From positions 6,388,001 through 6,452,000 of the forward strand of contig NC_058369.1 of NCBI RefSeq assembly GCF_018350175.1: 64,000 nucleotides of DNA, written 5' to 3'. Below the pieces are notes generated by a model. That model saw nothing but the letters and a program-made list of their open reading frames with translations. It was not told the origin of the DNA and did no database searches. Below are positions 1 to 14,604 of the stretch, one piece after another; position 1 is the first letter of the stretch; the number at the start of each line of letters is the position of its first letter. Both the position numbers and the translations under genes were made by a program. Source of the stretch: Felis catus. Lineage: Eukaryota.

Positions 1-620
1 GACCCCCGCGGGCCGGCGCCGCGCGCTCTGAGCCGCCGGGACCCCGCGCTCCAGCAGCCATGGGCGCCGGGGCTGGGCGGGGGGCGGCCACCGCGCCGCT
101 GCTGGTGGCGGTGGCCGCGCTGCTGCTGGGCGCCGCGGGCCACCTGTACCCCGGAGAGGGTGAGTCTGGGGGTCCGGGAGCGGGCGGGGAGCGGCGCGGT
201 GGGGAGGGCGCCCCTTGCCAAAATGGAGCCCACCGCCGTGGACCCAGAGCCCTCCTCGGGGTGCGCGCGTGTGTCGGGTTGGGGGGGGCGCGGTGCGCGT
301 GGCCGGGAAGGTAGCTTGGGCCCCGCGCGGGGGCGGGATGCCGCTGACCTTGGCCTTTGCCCGCCTGGGCTCGCGGTTCCGCGCGCAGTGTGCGGGCCCC
401 GGGCCGGAGGAACCTTGCCCCAGTGCCCGTCCCGCTGCGGGTGCCTTTCCCGAGCGCGCCTCGGACCCGTGTGTGGCTCTCTGCGACCTCGGCTCGCTCC
501 GGAGACGGGACACGCGTCCTCCTGGGTCCCCTGTGAAGTGGGGTCTCCGGGTCCAGGCGGCCGAATGCCGGCGGCGCACACGGTTTGGAGCCAGAGTCGA
601 GGGTCCCTTGGGGTCCCCGC
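1..620. promoter_or_regulatory. INSR: CpG island over the 5'UTR end, exon 1 and start of intron 1
   Basis: Very GC-rich with dense unmutated CpG (gcgcgc, cgcgg); composition drops after ~620. The core promoter probably lies upstream of the window. Confidence 0.85.
60..159 (+). CDS. INSR: Insulin receptor exon 1 coding part: 27-aa signal peptide (60-140) plus mature HLYPGE and the first base of Val7
   Basis: Translates [33 protein letters not shown], matching the INSR N-terminus; Kozak gcagccATGG; donor G|GTGAGT at 159/160; 100 coding nt, phase 1. Confidence 0.97.
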
Positions 621-1794
621 GGATAGATGTCCTAGGCGGGGGAATTGTAGAATCCTACCCTCCTCCTCAGATCTAGGCCCGTGGCTACCCGCACTTCAGA
701 TCCATGTTTACACTTTCGGGTGCCGTTTCCAGATGTCCGGAGGCAAACTCTAGCGCCTTGGCAACCGGGCCTTTGTTGTAGCAGAAGCCCTGGCGGCTCT
801 ATCACGATTATTATGGTTAGTGCCACCAAATACCCCGGGCTTATCTCCCTGGACCTTCACACTGGCCCCTGGAGGTTGGTACTGTTGTTTGCCCATTGCA
901 TAGAGGAGCAAACTGAGGCTCAGGTAGGAGACCGTTCAATTTGCCCAAAAGTCAGTGCCGGAGGGAGAACTCGAACCTTTCTATTGGTGGCCTGGCTAGG
1001 CTAGGCTCTGGACTGCTGCTGGATGTCCCGTGTCTCCCCATGGCCCCCACCTCCCCCTCCAGGTCTGCCCTTCCTGAAGGAGTTTTACCTGCCAGCCCAG
1101 GGAGGTCTCTCACCTCAGGTGAGCCTCTCAGGCCCCGCCCCACCCACGGACTTCCCTCCTGGGCCTCCCCGTGCTGGTAGCAGATGGAGTGGAGGCAAAA
1201 ACCAACTCCAGCTCTTTGGGCTTGATGGCAGTCCTTTCCGGCTGTGGGGCAAGGAATGAAGAATCCTTCCAGAGAACATGGCTGGAGTTTCCCGACTGGT
1301 GCCGGAGGCCCCACTTTAAAAATATCTGTTGGGTTATGTTTTCAGAATTTTCCATAAAAGGAAATCAGTCATGATGAGGAAGGGGTCGGGGAGGGAAGGA
1401 ACAGAAGCTCCTGAGTTCCCTGGAAGGGAACGAGGTCCGTGAGAAAACACACAGAGGCTCTGGAGGGGACAACCCAGGTTTGCTGAGCACCTGTCTCAGC
1501 TATGCGGTGGCTCCGAGGCCTGGGTGCTCGGGGTACGGTGGGCTCTCAAGAAGGGTGACCATGGCTTTGGGTTCTTGTTCAGAAAATCCAAGACCAACGT
1601 TAGACCTGTTCCAGGTTTTGTGTATGTATGTGCGTATGCACCCATGTACATGTGGTTCCCTGCTCTTCTGTTCCTTGTAGCTTTGGTGATTGTGGATTTG
1701 TGCCTGGGCTTCCAGGGGCCAGTAGATGGATTTATCACTTCTTTCCACGTTTGCAGTTTCCACAAGGGCGGAGGCTTATGTGTCTTTCTTTCTT

Positions 1795-2021
1795 CTTTAG
1801 TGTTTATTTTTGAGAGAGAGGGGGAGAGAGAGAGAGAGAGAGAGAGAGTATGTGCGCATGCGTGCACAAGTTGGGGGTGGGGTGGGCAGAGAGAGAAGGG
1901 GACAGAGGATCCCAGGTGGGCGCTGTGCTGACAGCCCAATGTGGGGCTCGAACTCACGAACCGCGAGATCATGACCTAAGCCGAAGTCGGATGCTTACCC
2001 CACGGAACCACCCAGGCACCC
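1795..2021 (-). mobile_element. Can-SINE (tRNA-derived carnivore SINE)
   Basis: T-rich tail, (GA)n tract, ...gagatcatgacctaagccgaagtcggatgctt...ccacccaggcaccc. Confidence 0.85.
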
Positions 2022-2583
2022 TGAGGCTTCTGTTTCTTTTGTGAGCCCAGAACAGCGCCTGGCACGTAGAAGGTGTGTGGTTGAAATATTTGTTCTTGAT
2101 TCAGCTCATATTTATGTTCTCACCAGGACTCCAAGCCATGGGTCTTTTATTCTTCAGCTAATACCTAACTAACATGTACTAATGAGGGTAAACGCTTGGC
2201 AGGTGCTGTTCCATGTGCTTGGAATATATAATCTCCGTTAATCCTCACCACGGCCCTATGAGGTAAGGTTTCGTATCCGTTTTTCCGCAGGTGAGGAAAT
2301 TTGACCAGGACAGTAGAGGTGGGTATAGTACCCCAGCTGGCCTGGCTTCAGAGCACTGGTTTCTTAACAAAAGGTTGTTCTCTAGGGTTTGAGCCTCTCC
2401 ACCCCAGCCTGTAGTAATGCTTAACAAAATCCTATCGAATCGATGAGACGTGATGCCCCCTCAGAAGTTTGGAAATGGCAAGAAACCCTACAGGTCATTA
2501 ATCTCTAATGTCAACCAGTAGGGCATTTTGGCCGGAGTGGGGTGGGGGGGGGTGCATGTGATTTTTTTAGAAATGAAGGACTA

Positions 2584-2793
2584 GGGGGCGTCTGGGTGGC
2601 TCAGTCGGTTAAGCATCCGACTTCGGCTCAGGTCATGATCTCGCGGCTCGTGAGTTTGAGCCCTGCGTCGGGCTCTGTGCTGACAGCTCGGAGCCTGGAG
2701 CCTGCTTTGGATTCTGTGTCTCCCTCTCTCTCTGCCCCCTCCCCTGCTCACGCTCTGTGTCTCTCAGAAATAAATAAACATTAAAAAAAAAAA
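2584..2793 (+). mobile_element. Can-SINE, feline type
   Basis: ggggcgtctgggtggctcagtcggttaagc head, CT-rich tract, aaataaataaacattaaaa tail. Confidence 0.9.
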
Positions 2794-2934
2794 AGTCTAT
2801 TCTCAACCTTTGCCTCTCTCCTGGGGATCTGCCCATTATCTCTGCCTCACTCACTCACTCACTCACTCATAGAGGTCATTGAGGTGAGCTCCTGGGGGTT
2901 CCCACTGTACCCCTCTCCATCATGCACTTCCATT

Positions 2935-3139
2935 TTTTTTTTTTTTTTAATGTTTATTTTTGAGAGAGAGAGAGAATGCACAAGCAGGAGTGGCGTCGGG
3001 GGCGGGGGCCAGACAGATGATCTGAAGTGGGCCCTGTGCTGATGGTAGAGAGCCTGATGGGGGGCTCGAACTCACAAACCGCGAGATCATGACCTGAGCC
3101 GAAGTCGGATGCTCAACTGACTGAGCCACCCAGGTGCCC
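2935..3139 (-). mobile_element. Can-SINE
   Basis: Poly-T, (GA)n, reverse-complement tRNA-like head. Confidence 0.88.
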
Positions 3140-3169
3140 ATTGGCTTCCCTTCTTAATCTGGCCAGAGT

Positions 3170-3368
3170 AGAGCCTCTCACCTTCAGTGCTCTTACCGTT
3201 TGGGCTGTGATGGGGCTTGGCTGAGGGGGGCTGTCCTGCGTATTGCGAGAGGCTGAGCAGGGTCCCTGGTCTCTCCACCCACAACGTGCCAGTGACACCT
3301 CCTCTCTCCCTGTCGTGATGACCGAAAGTGTCTCTGGACATTGCCAGCCTGTCCCCAGTTGAGAACAG
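3170..3368. mobile_element. MER20-like hAT-Charlie fossil
   Basis: ggggctgtcctg...ccctggtctctccaccc...tctctggacattgcca...gttgagaac resembles the recalled MER20 consensus. Confidence 0.65.
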
Positions 3369-4024
3369 CCACATTCAGGGAGATGACCTTTACCTCGTCT
3401 AGGACATTTACCTGCTGGGGGTCCCAGCCCTCCTCTCTGTTCCGGGAGCCCCGTCTGCCCCGGAGCCTTTCCCTTTTTGACCTACAAACCCTCCATACTC
3501 CCTTGAACCTCATTCCCCACCGCTCACCTCCAGCCTTCCCCTGCCAGGCCTCCCCTGGTGGGCCCCTGCCACCCTCTCTCTCACCTCTTGCCCGCTGCAC
3601 TGCCCACGGCACCTGGCTTGTGTCTCCATCGCTTTGTTTTGCCAGTGGCTCCGGTGAAGGTAATGCCTCACCTCCCAAGTGCTCTCCTGTCGCCTCACCC
3701 CAGCTGACCTCTCTGGGTCCTCCACTGCCTCCTCCCTCCCAGGAGAAGACCGTTTCCTGCCTGGCTTTTCACCTGCACCTGGCTCCCTCCATCCTCTCTG
3801 CTCCCTCTGGGGCTCAGATGTTAGTTCTTTCATCATGGAGGGCCAATCCCCACTGCCAAGCACTCTCAGCCCAGTTTAAAAAAATAAATAAAGTAGGTTC
3901 CATATCCAATGTGGGGCTTGAACTCATGATTCCAAGATCAGGCGTCAGATGCTCTATTGGCTGAGCCAGCCAGGCGCCCCCTCAGCCCAGTTTTTAATTT
4001 ACGTATAGCCATAGTCCTTCTAGA

Positions 4025-4190
4025 ACAGCGGCCAGCAAACTACAGCCTAATCCTGTCTGTCCACGCCTGGTTTTATAAATAAAGTTTTATTGGCATCATC
4101 GATGGCTGCTCTTGTGCCCTAATGGCAGAGTTGAGTAGTTGCAATCACATGGCCCAGAAAGATAGTCATACTTTGGCCCTATACAGAGAA
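4025..4190. mobile_element. MER58A-like hAT-Charlie fossil
   Basis: cagcaaactacagcc...aaataaagttttattgg...gcagagttgagtagttgc. Confidence 0.65.
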
Positions 4191-4492
4191 AGATGGATTA
4201 AAGAAAGCTAGGCTCCCCGAATACATGGGTTCCAGTTTCTCCACTGAGAAAGTAACAGTGATGTTCCCTACTTAGCCACGTGTATGGTCTTAGGATTTAT
4301 TTCTGTGAACAGTCATCTTGGCATTGAATGAGGATCCCTTGCTGTCGGCTTTGTGTCTGGAACTCGAAAGCGATGTCTGCTGTGAGATTTTCTTGCAAGA
4401 CAACGTTGTGTTAATTTCTACTGAGAATACCTATATTGGCTTATGATTTGCAGTCAGACCCTATTTATGGTTTTTTATTTAAAATAACAAGT

Positions 4493-4711
4493 GGGGCGCC
4501 TGGGTGACTCAGTCGCTTAAGCCTCCGACTTTGGCTCAGGTCGTGATCTCACAGTTGGTGAGTTTGGTGAGTACGGGCCCCATGTCGGGTTCTGTGCTGA
4601 CAGCACGGAGCCTGGAGCCTGCTTTAGATTCTGTGTGTCCCTCTCTCTGCCCCTCCCCTGCTCATGCTCTCTCTCTCTCTCAAAAATAAAACAAACATTA
4701 AAAAAAAAAAA
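4493..4711 (+). mobile_element. Can-SINE
   Basis: ggggcgcctgggtgactcag head, A tail, flanked by acaagt repeats. Confidence 0.88.
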
Positions 4712-5104
4712 GACAAGTAATGCATGCTCATTGCAAAGAAATTTACAAAAACATAGAGGGGGAAGAAACAAAAGTGCCCTTCAGCACGTTGTCCCTAAAA
4801 TGATTCCATTTCTATTCTGGGAGGTGACGGTGCTGTTAGTTTGTATCTTAGCGTTGTTGTTTTGTTGTTGTTGTTGTTTTTGTGCACAATTATGTGACTT
4901 TTAACCCACGCGTAGAGTTTTGTGTGGCCAACCCCTCAACTAGGATACAGAACAGTCCCATCACCCAAATTCCCTCCAGACACCCCTTTATTACTACATT
5001 ATCTCCATCCTGAATCCTGCCAACACTGATCTGTTCTCCAAGTTACCATTTTCTCTTTAGACTTTAAAACGTGTCTTGTAATTGAGTTCATATTCTTAAG
5101 ATTG

Positions 5105-5316
5105 ACTTTTTTTTCCCCCAAGTTTATTTATTATGAGACAGCAGGAGAGGGGCAGAGAGAGGGACAGAGAGAGAGGGACAGAGAGAGAATCCGAGGCAAG
5201 GTCTCCACTGTCAGTATAGAGCTTAATGCGGGGCTCGAACTCACGAACCATGAGATGATGCTCTGAGCTGAAATCGAGAGTCGGGCGCTCGACCGAATCA
5301 GCCACCCTGGCGCCCC
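5105..5316 (-). mobile_element. Can-SINE
   Basis: Reverse-complement head ...gccaccctggcgcccc and GA tract. Confidence 0.85.
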
Positions 5317-7829
5317 TAACATTGGTTGGTAGTCTTAATTTGCGCGCTCATAGCTCCTCATTGGCCACGGATTCCCTATTTGGGAATTTGCCTGGTCGCT
5401 AAAATTAACTCGTAACCCTACAATCAAGACCCAGTGCACTCTTGTGGTTCCTCCTGGACCTGCATGGAGCACCCAACCATTCGAATCGCCGAACCAGCCC
5501 ATTCGCAGCTGATTAGCTCTGGTATTGTGGATTCATACGATCCTCGAAGATGAAACCAAGTGTCTTTTTTTTTTTTTTCGCGACGTATTTTAGTGCCACA
5601 CTTTCCCACATTTTTGTGGTTTTCGTTGGAGATTTTGCCGTTGAAAACGGCCTTGCCCGTGGCGTTGACGTGCTATTTCCGTGTAAGTGCAGGAGTAAAT
5701 GCAAGAAGGCCTGATACGCCTCATGGAGAAAATATGTGGCTATATGAGCTCAGCTCAGGCAGGCGCTATGGTGCTTCGTGTATTGGCTGTGATTCACACA
5801 GGCAGCCGATCAACACCGTATATTACGTAAGATGTATTTAAGGAGAAACGGATGTAAAACCAGGTTGTGTTTTGATCAGTTGACAAAAACATATGGGGCC
5901 GGAGGCTTGCAGGAGCCTGACCCTACTGTGTTTCCCCTGGGGACAATGGTGTTTGCCAATTCTGTGTTCCAGGGGAGTCCGCAGACATGCTGAGGATGGC
6001 CTGTGGGTGGTTTCCTGTCGCGACCCTTCAGAATTTGTGCCTTTGGGTTTCTCAGGGCCCGTGTGGAATCTTGTGGAACGCATATGCCCCTTGGGTCCTG
6101 TTTGTTTTTTTTTTTTTTTTTTTTTTTTTTTAATCTGTGCAGAAATCCTTGGTTACATCTTGGAAAGTTCGTGAGATGGCCCCAGCCCCCTGGCCCTTGC
6201 TTCAAGGAGGGGGTCTCTCCTGTTCCGTTAAGCCTGGTGCCAGCGTGCGCTCTTGGGATTTTGTTTCTAGCACGGCACGATTTGCTGTTCTGCGTTGCCA
6301 CGTGCACACTGGATAGGAATTCCAGTCGGAGCTCGAGGCAGACGCAGGAGGATTAAAATTTGATTTCGGATCTGGGTTTTTCTTCCGATCCCGTGAGGGC
6401 AGGGTGTCACGTCAGGTTTCTGTTCGGGGAACAGCGCGGCCTGGTAGCGGGAAGATTCTTGCTTCTCTCCTGTGCCTTTGTGGGAGACTAGAAAATGTAG
6501 GTACTTTCCAAAAACTGTCTGCTACCAGCGTGGAAAAAGGTAGTGCTCGGACACAAAGGGGTAAAGAGAGGAGGGCTGCCACTGTTTTCCTGTAGGCTTT
6601 CTGTGATTCTTGTTGCCAGTCTGTTTCCCCTTGTTCCTTGCAGATGATGGGAAGGGGGATGGGTTCTGAAATGTTCCTCTCGAATTATATGTGCTTATAT
6701 TGTATCAAGGCCACCTGCTGCCTTTTTTCTTTCTTTCTTTCTTTCTTTTTTTTTTTTTTTTACAAAGTGCCTTTTGTCTTGCCAAGACTTCTTGACTTCT
6801 TTTGGTTTTCTTTCCTGGGTCTTCTGTGGCACGATCCTTCCCATCTGGGAGGTAGAACTCCCAAGGGGCGCGGAAGCTTCCTAGGACTGTCTGAGTTGAT
6901 GCGCGATGCCCTACGACTGCAAAGCTAATGCCTGGATGTCCCGGAGCTTTCGGGCGTACAGAAGGTGGTGTCAGGGTGGGCATGAACCTTTGGTCCTCTA
7001 GTTGCCTGTCCTTAAATATTGTGCTTTCCGCCTCCACCCTTTTCTCCTCTTGGTTGTCCCATCTCCTGCCAGTTATGTCACCAAACGTCACCCGCGTCTG
7101 CCCCTCTTTTCCCAAGCTCCGGACCGGTATCTGGGCACACCCCAAAGTCCTCACGGACTCAACACGCCCCACACTGTGCCTCTTGTCCTCACTACCCCAA
7201 ACCGGCCCTGTCTCGGTCTCTCCACGTTCACCGGGGACTGTCCCTCACTTCTCCCTCCTCTCCTCCCCCTCCCTGGGTACCAGTTCCCCAGTGTCTCCGT
7301 GGCCTCGCCTCTGTCCTTGCACCCACTCCCACGGTAGACCCCCTTTCTTCTAGGCCAGTGTGCCCCGTTCGGTTCTTCCTCTGTTTTGCTGCCACTGGGA
7401 TTTCTCTGCTTCCTACTTGGGTGCTTCTGCAGCTGCCAGCTAGATCCCTTCCCCGGGCACATGAGCCGCCGCCTCTCTGGGCTGCTGTCCCTTGGGGCTC
7501 CTCATACGCCTCAGCGTTCTTGCATGTGCTTCCTGCGCCCCAAGCACACTTCGTCCCCCCCTTCTGCCCATGGTCACCCATGCTTCTTCCTCCCAGGGGC
7601 GGGTCAGAGGCTCCATCCCTCCTTCTTTAGCTGCATCATCCACCCCTCCTCCTTCCCTTTCAGTACAGACTGGAGGTATCCGTCTCGGTGCCCACAGACG
7701 CTGGTCTGCCCGTTGGAGACGCGTTCTAGCGAAGCATTGACTATACGGGTAAATGAAGTCACGCTCAAAGTGTAGGTTCCAGAAGGGCTTGGTATGTGTC
7801 TGTCCAGAGCAGGAAGCAGAGTCCTGGAG

Positions 7830-8200
7830 CCCCCACCTCTGCAAATTCGTGTGTTGAAGCCCTCACTCCCCAGTGTGACTGTGTTTGAAGATCAAGCTTT
7901 TGGGAGGTAATTTAGGTTAAATGAGGTCGTAAGAGTAGCGCCCTAGCGCGATGGGATTGGTGGCCTTCTAAGGGCAGGAGGAGAGAGATCTCTTTGTTTT
8001 TTTTTTGCACGAATGCAGCAAGGGGAGACCATGTGAGGCAGAGAGAGAGCCTGCCAGCTAGGAAGAGGGCTCTCCCTGCAGACTGGCCATGCTGGCTACC
8101 TTGATCTTGGACTCTCAGCCTTCAGAACTGTGAGAAGCAAATTTCTGTTGTTTAAGCTGCCCAGTCCAGGGTCTTTTCGAAGGACAGCCCTAGCTGACTG
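7830..8200. mobile_element. MLT1A-like solo LTR (ERVL-MaLR)
   Basis: aaattcgtgtgttgaagccctcactccccagtgtgactg...ttaaatgaggtc...cttggactctcagccttcagaactgtgag...aaatttctgttgtttaagc. Confidence 0.75.
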
Positions 8201-8489
8201 AGGTGAGAATTGGGATCTGAATTGGCTCTGAAACACAGCAGCCAGGGACACAGGTGGATAAAATGGGTGTGGTTCCGGCTTTCTTTGAAATTGCTGGGGG
8301 CGGCCCACCATGCTTATGGGGTTCTCTCCAGCATCAGTCGATGGCCCCAAAGAAGGCATCCGACGGTGTTGGTTCTGGGGTGAAGGGCTCAGTGGGGCAT
8401 GTGGGGCAGAATGGGGACTCGTTGTGGGGGAAGCCCTGCTGGGGAGGTGGGGCCAGGGGTAGGTCTGTCCGACTTGAGTACCCACCCCC

Positions 8490-8647
8490 CGCATACCTTG
8501 CGGACCTTGTTTAAAATGCAGGTTTCTGGGGCCTGGCTCCCGGACATAATTGATTTCTTTGGTCTAGAGCCGGGCCTAGGAATCTGCATTTCCCTCCTTT
8601 AGTGATTCTCAGGCTGGCGGTCTGGATGGCACACTTTGAGAAACCCT
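8490..8647. mobile_element. MER5-like hAT fossil
   Basis: aaaatgcaggttt...ggcctaggaatctgcattt...cacactttgagaaaccct. Confidence 0.55.
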
Positions 8648-8704
8648 ATGTGATGGCTAAGGGCACAGGTGCAGGTGTTGGTGGCCTAGAGACCTGTGTG
8701 TGAC

Positions 8705-9119
8705 GGGCTCAGTTATGTCCCTCTTTCCCCAAAGTTGTGTGTTGAAGCCAACTCCCAGAAGGTGACTATTTGGAGTCTTTATTTAAAATTTTTTTTTAAT
8801 GTTTATTTTTGAGACAGAGAGAGACAGAGCATGAACGGGGGAGGGGCAGAGAGAGAGGGACACACAGAATCGGAGGCAGGCTCCAGGCTCTGAGCCATCA
8901 GCCCAGAGCCCGACGCGGGGCTCGAACTCACGGACCGCGAGATCGTGACCTGAGCTGAAGTCGGACGCTCAACCGACTGAGCCACCCAGGCGCCCCTGGA
9001 GTCTTTAAAGAAGTAATCAGAACGAGGGCATTGGGGCAGTGGGGTAAGCATTTGACTCTTTATCTCGGCTCAGGTTGTGATCTCATGGTTTGTGAGTTCG
9101 AGCCCTGAGCCTGCTTGGG

Positions 9120-9166
<47 letters not shown>

Positions 9167-9760
9167 GCCCCTCCCCTACCCTCTCGCTCATGTGCTCTCT
9201 CTCTCTCTGTCTCTCAAAATAAATAAACTTAAAAAAAAGGTTCGTTTGAAAATAGTAATGTATTCTTAAAAAAGAAAAAGTGAGAGGGGCGCCTGCGTGG
9301 CTCAGTCGGTTGAGCAACCGACTTCGGCTCAGGTCGGTTTGTGAGTTCGAGCCCCGCGTCAGGCTCTGTGCTGACAGCTCAGAGTCTGGAGCCTGCTTCT
9401 GATTCTGTCTCCCTCTCTCTCTGCCCCTCCCCCACTCATGCTCTATCTCTCTCTGTCTCAGAAATAAATAAACATAAAAAAAAAAAAAAAGAAAGAAAAA
9501 GTGAGAGCATTACAGCGGGCCCTAATCCAATATGCCTGGTGTCCCTCAAAGAAGAGGAGGTTAGGACACAGACCTGTGCGCCCACAGAGGGGCAGCTGTA
9601 AGGAGAGAGGGAGAAAGCAGGCATCTATGAGCCACAGAGAGGCCTCAGGAGAAGCTGACGCGGCTGACACTTTGAGTTTGGACTCGAAGATTGTGAGAGC
9701 TTCCTGTGTGCCGTCGAAGGCCCCTGGCCTGCGGTTCTGTGTGATGACGGGCGGAGCGAA
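8705..9760. mobile_element. MLT1-like LTR interrupted by three Can-SINEs (~8782-8996 minus; ~9050-9238 plus; ~9286-9500 plus)
   Basis: LTR motifs gttgaagcc...gtgactatttggag and gggccctaatccaatatg...ggacacag...gctgacactttgagtttggact; TSDs tggagtcttta (8771/8997) and aaaagtgagag. Confidence 0.75.
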
Positions 9761-11829
9761 CCAATGTCCTGGGTTCAAGTCCCAGCTCTGTCTCCTCTTT
9801 GCCGTGTGGCCTTGAGGCAGACACAGTCCTCTCTGAGCCTCCGCCACTTTCCTCTTGTGGAGAATCTGTCTGGGCCACATGTGCGCCGTGTTTTGTCCTC
9901 GCTCCAGCCTCGTGCACCCCCACCCCTCAGGGCACTTAGCGCCCCTGTGCCTCCAGCAATTTCCAGCAGTGTCTGACTCACATGCTACCCACCGCGATCC
10001 TTTCTTCCAGATGTGGCCTCCGTCGTTACCCTCCCCAGGCCTGTTTTCCAGAGCTTAATCTTCCCCGGTGGACCCGGGGTCTCAGGAATTTGCAGGTCTC
10101 CTCCGGCCTTTTGATGTCCCTGCCTTGCGAACGTCACTGGCTAGGCGTCTGCCCTTCTCCCGGGGAGGGAGGACCTGCACGTCCATCTTTCCCAGGGCTT
10201 CCTTCCACTTCTCCGTCTCCCGCGGCGCCTTGTGGGCTCTTGGTTTGTTCAGAAGATCCCCTTGGCGTGTCCTCCAAGATGGTGAGAAGTTTCCGGAAGG
10301 ATTATGGTCTGGATGGCGAGTGTCCCCTTCGGGGCCTTCTCTCCCCCCTGGGCTTCTGCGTACACGATTTTCTCCTCCGTCTTCCATATGCGATGGTCCG
10401 CTGTTGTTACCCGCTTCCTCTGTCCCCGAGTCCCCGAGCACCCACCTTGGGGCCCCTGACCACTGTGGAGGTGCAGCGACCCTCCTGTCCCCAGACAGAT
10501 CTTCCATCTGGGCTTGAGAACCACCTTCCTCAGGTCTCCTCTCTGGGGGCTGTTTCTTCTCTCACCGGTATTTTTTACCAGGAACTTGCAGGAAAGCACT
10601 ACAATGCCTGGTCCCCGCCCCCACCCCTGGTCCACCCTCAAACCTCCCTGAGTGCACGTGTGAACCTATCTGCAGCAGGGATCTCTGGGTCCAGGGACAT
10701 CTGTGTTTATAAAATTGCCCCTGACCCTGGGTGGTTTCATCACTCACCCAGGCCTCTTGAAGGCCCTTAGATCTTGTCTGAGCCTGCTTCTCTGTGATGT
10801 TTATTCTGCTCCCCGTTGCTACTGCCTCGTGTGCCTTCTGTGCACCTGCTTTCCCGCCCAAGGGGGCCAGGAAAAGCGAAGCCCAGAGAGGTTACATCGC
10901 TCACTCGAGGTCACGCAGCGCCCAGTCGACAAAGCTGAGATTCGCGCCCGGGGCCATCAGGATTTCTGGTCTGGTCATTGCTTTAGCGTTTGTCTCTACT
11001 CTGATGGCTCCTCGTCACGGCTTTGAGCCTTCAACCTTTTCTGTCTTGCTAATCCCCGTGCCCAGCACGATGCCTGGTGCCGAGGCGCCCAGCAGACGTT
11101 GGCTGAATGAGTACGGCAGTTATTTCCATGTGGGCGACTTGTTGGTTCTGGAGCCTGGCCTCCTGATGCTGCCTCGCACCTGCTGTAGCCGCCCCCCCCC
11201 CCCCCCCATTTCTCCTTCTTTGAGGAAGTCACTTGCAAGAGCCAGCCTCTTGGGCAGGCGGAGAATCTTCAGGATGTCTGATTCTGCCGTGTGCCCAAAT
11301 TCTAAATTCTGCAGCTCATAAATCTAGGTATTGGTTCCGTGAGCTCAGGGCGGAGAACTAACACAGGTTCAGAGCTTTGATCACGCTGCTACCCTCGTTC
11401 ACAGAGAGGAGGAGGAGGCCCAGGATGACACGGCGGGAGGTGCTGGAGTAGGAAGCCGATCTGTTGTGTTTCCAGCGTGGCCCGGAACCGGTGTGGGTGG
11501 TGGCCGGACGCCTCAACCCAAGGCTTGTTGGCACGGGACTCCTGAATTTCGGGGGGTTAAGACTGGTAAGGAGGCAGAGAAGAATGTGTGGCCCCAGAAT
11601 AGGCCACCAGGGAGCATTTGAAGAATGTGGAGACTAAGGATCAAGTACATTCATGATCGAACGCAGAATGCGTTCGATCTCAGCATTGCGAAGCATTGCC
11701 GGAACCTTCTAGACACCTCCTTCCCTGCCCCTCCACACTTTCTCCTTGCCTGCTTTGATGGGTGAGAGGAAACCAGGGAGAAGGGACTGTCTCCCTCCCT
11801 CCCCCCTCCTTCCCTCCCTCCTTTCTTTC

Positions 11830-11881
11830 CTTTTAAGTTTTTTTCTTTTTCTTTTTTCCTCTTTCTTTTTCTTTCTTCTTT

Positions 11882-11945
<64 letters not shown>

Positions 11946-12128
11946 TCAGAGCGACAGAGAGCGAGCGGGGGGGGGAGGGGCAGAGAGAGAGGGAGACAGA
12001 ATCCCAAGCAGACTCCCCAGTGTCAGTGCAGGGCCCCAGTGAGGCTCTGTCTCATGAACCAGGAGATCGTGACCCAAGCCAAAATCAAGAGTCAGATGCT
12101 TAACCAACTGAGCCACCCAGGCACCCCA
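11830..12128 (-). mobile_element. Can-SINE with an expanded (TTTC)n tail microsatellite (~11880-11947)
   Basis: (TTTC)n then gagagaatcccaagcag...gagccacccaggcacccc; flanked by agaagggac repeats. Confidence 0.85.
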
Positions 12129-12214
12129 GAAGGGACACTTTCTAAGAGACTGCTCTCATGTTAAGTGTTCTCTCCTGGAAAATCCTCAGATCCGTCTGGC
12201 CGGGCAGGAAATTC

Positions 12215-13650
<1,436 letters not shown>

Positions 13651-13956
13651 TCTCCCGTTACACGTTAACTCAGGTGGTTGATAGTGACTTATTCGTCTGA
13701 GAGACAGAGGAATCTGGATCTGTCCTATTCCCGGTGGCACTTTCATACCTGGAATGGTGTTGGGCACAGACCAGGTCTTCTGTAGATATGTGCTGAGGGA
13801 GAGGACAAAGGGAATTATCTTGAACAACCTTTCTCTAGGCTGTCACTGCATGAAAACTATTTCACTGTTTCCTTATTTAAGTCACATGCACCTGCTTCCT
13901 TAGGCATGTTTTTGAAAGAACGGAGATGGTTCTTCCTCCCCCCCCACCCCCCGCAC

Positions 13957-14270
13957 CGCTATCCGCAGGGGATATGTTCCAAGACCCCCAGTGGATGCAT
14001 GAAACCGTAATAGCACTGAGTCCTATATATGCTATGTTTATTTTCTGTACGCACATAGCTACGTTATGTCACTAACAGGCGTGTTGTGCACGCAGCTTGG
14101 ATGAAGGGATGATTCACCTACTGGGCGAGGCAGGATGGTGGGAGATTTCATCACGCTACTCAGAACGGTGGGCAATCCAAAACTTATGATTGTTTATTTC
14201 AGGAATTTTCCATTTAATATTTTCTGACCGCAGTTGACTGCGGGTAACTGAAACCGTGGATAACGGGATA
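13957..14270. mobile_element. MER2/Tigger2-like TcMar fossil
   Basis: atccgcaggggatatgttccaagacccccagtggatg...gggtaactgaaaccgtggataacggg. Confidence 0.75.
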
Positions 14271-14604
14271 ATTGTATTAGCTGTTGCTGGACCCCCCCCC
14301 CCCACTTCCTCTGCCCCCCATTGTTCTTCTCTACCAGTGTACGGAGTGGGGATTCGTCAGGTACCACTTACTGAAAACTTGAAGCATTTTTCGGTTTCCA
14401 TCCAGAGGTATTAAGAGCCAGCAGAAGGCCCTGCGTTTATTTCTGGCACCATTTCTAACATCCTCGGGATATTTTCTGTCCCAACAGTAAATTGCTCTAT
14501 TGTTGAGGCTAATAGGCACACACACAGCCTTAATGAATTGAGTTAGATTCATTGGAGGTTTTTAAAAAGCAATTCTTTATTGTTCCCTACTGTTACAGTT
14601 GTCT

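Noticed and set aside
160..753. 197-aa and 153-aa ORFs, and the 84-aa read-through of exon 1
   Set aside because: CpG-island sequence is poor in stop codons, and a canonical donor at 160 explains the true frame.
2584..2680. tRNA-like A/B-box sequence at SINE heads
   Set aside because: It is the tRNA-derived SINE head, followed by the CT tract and A tail, not a tRNA gene.
9982..10770. 262-aa ORF in intron 1
   Set aside because: Pro/Ser/Leu-rich, no recognisable domain, and lies in C-rich, probably old LINE2-like sequence.
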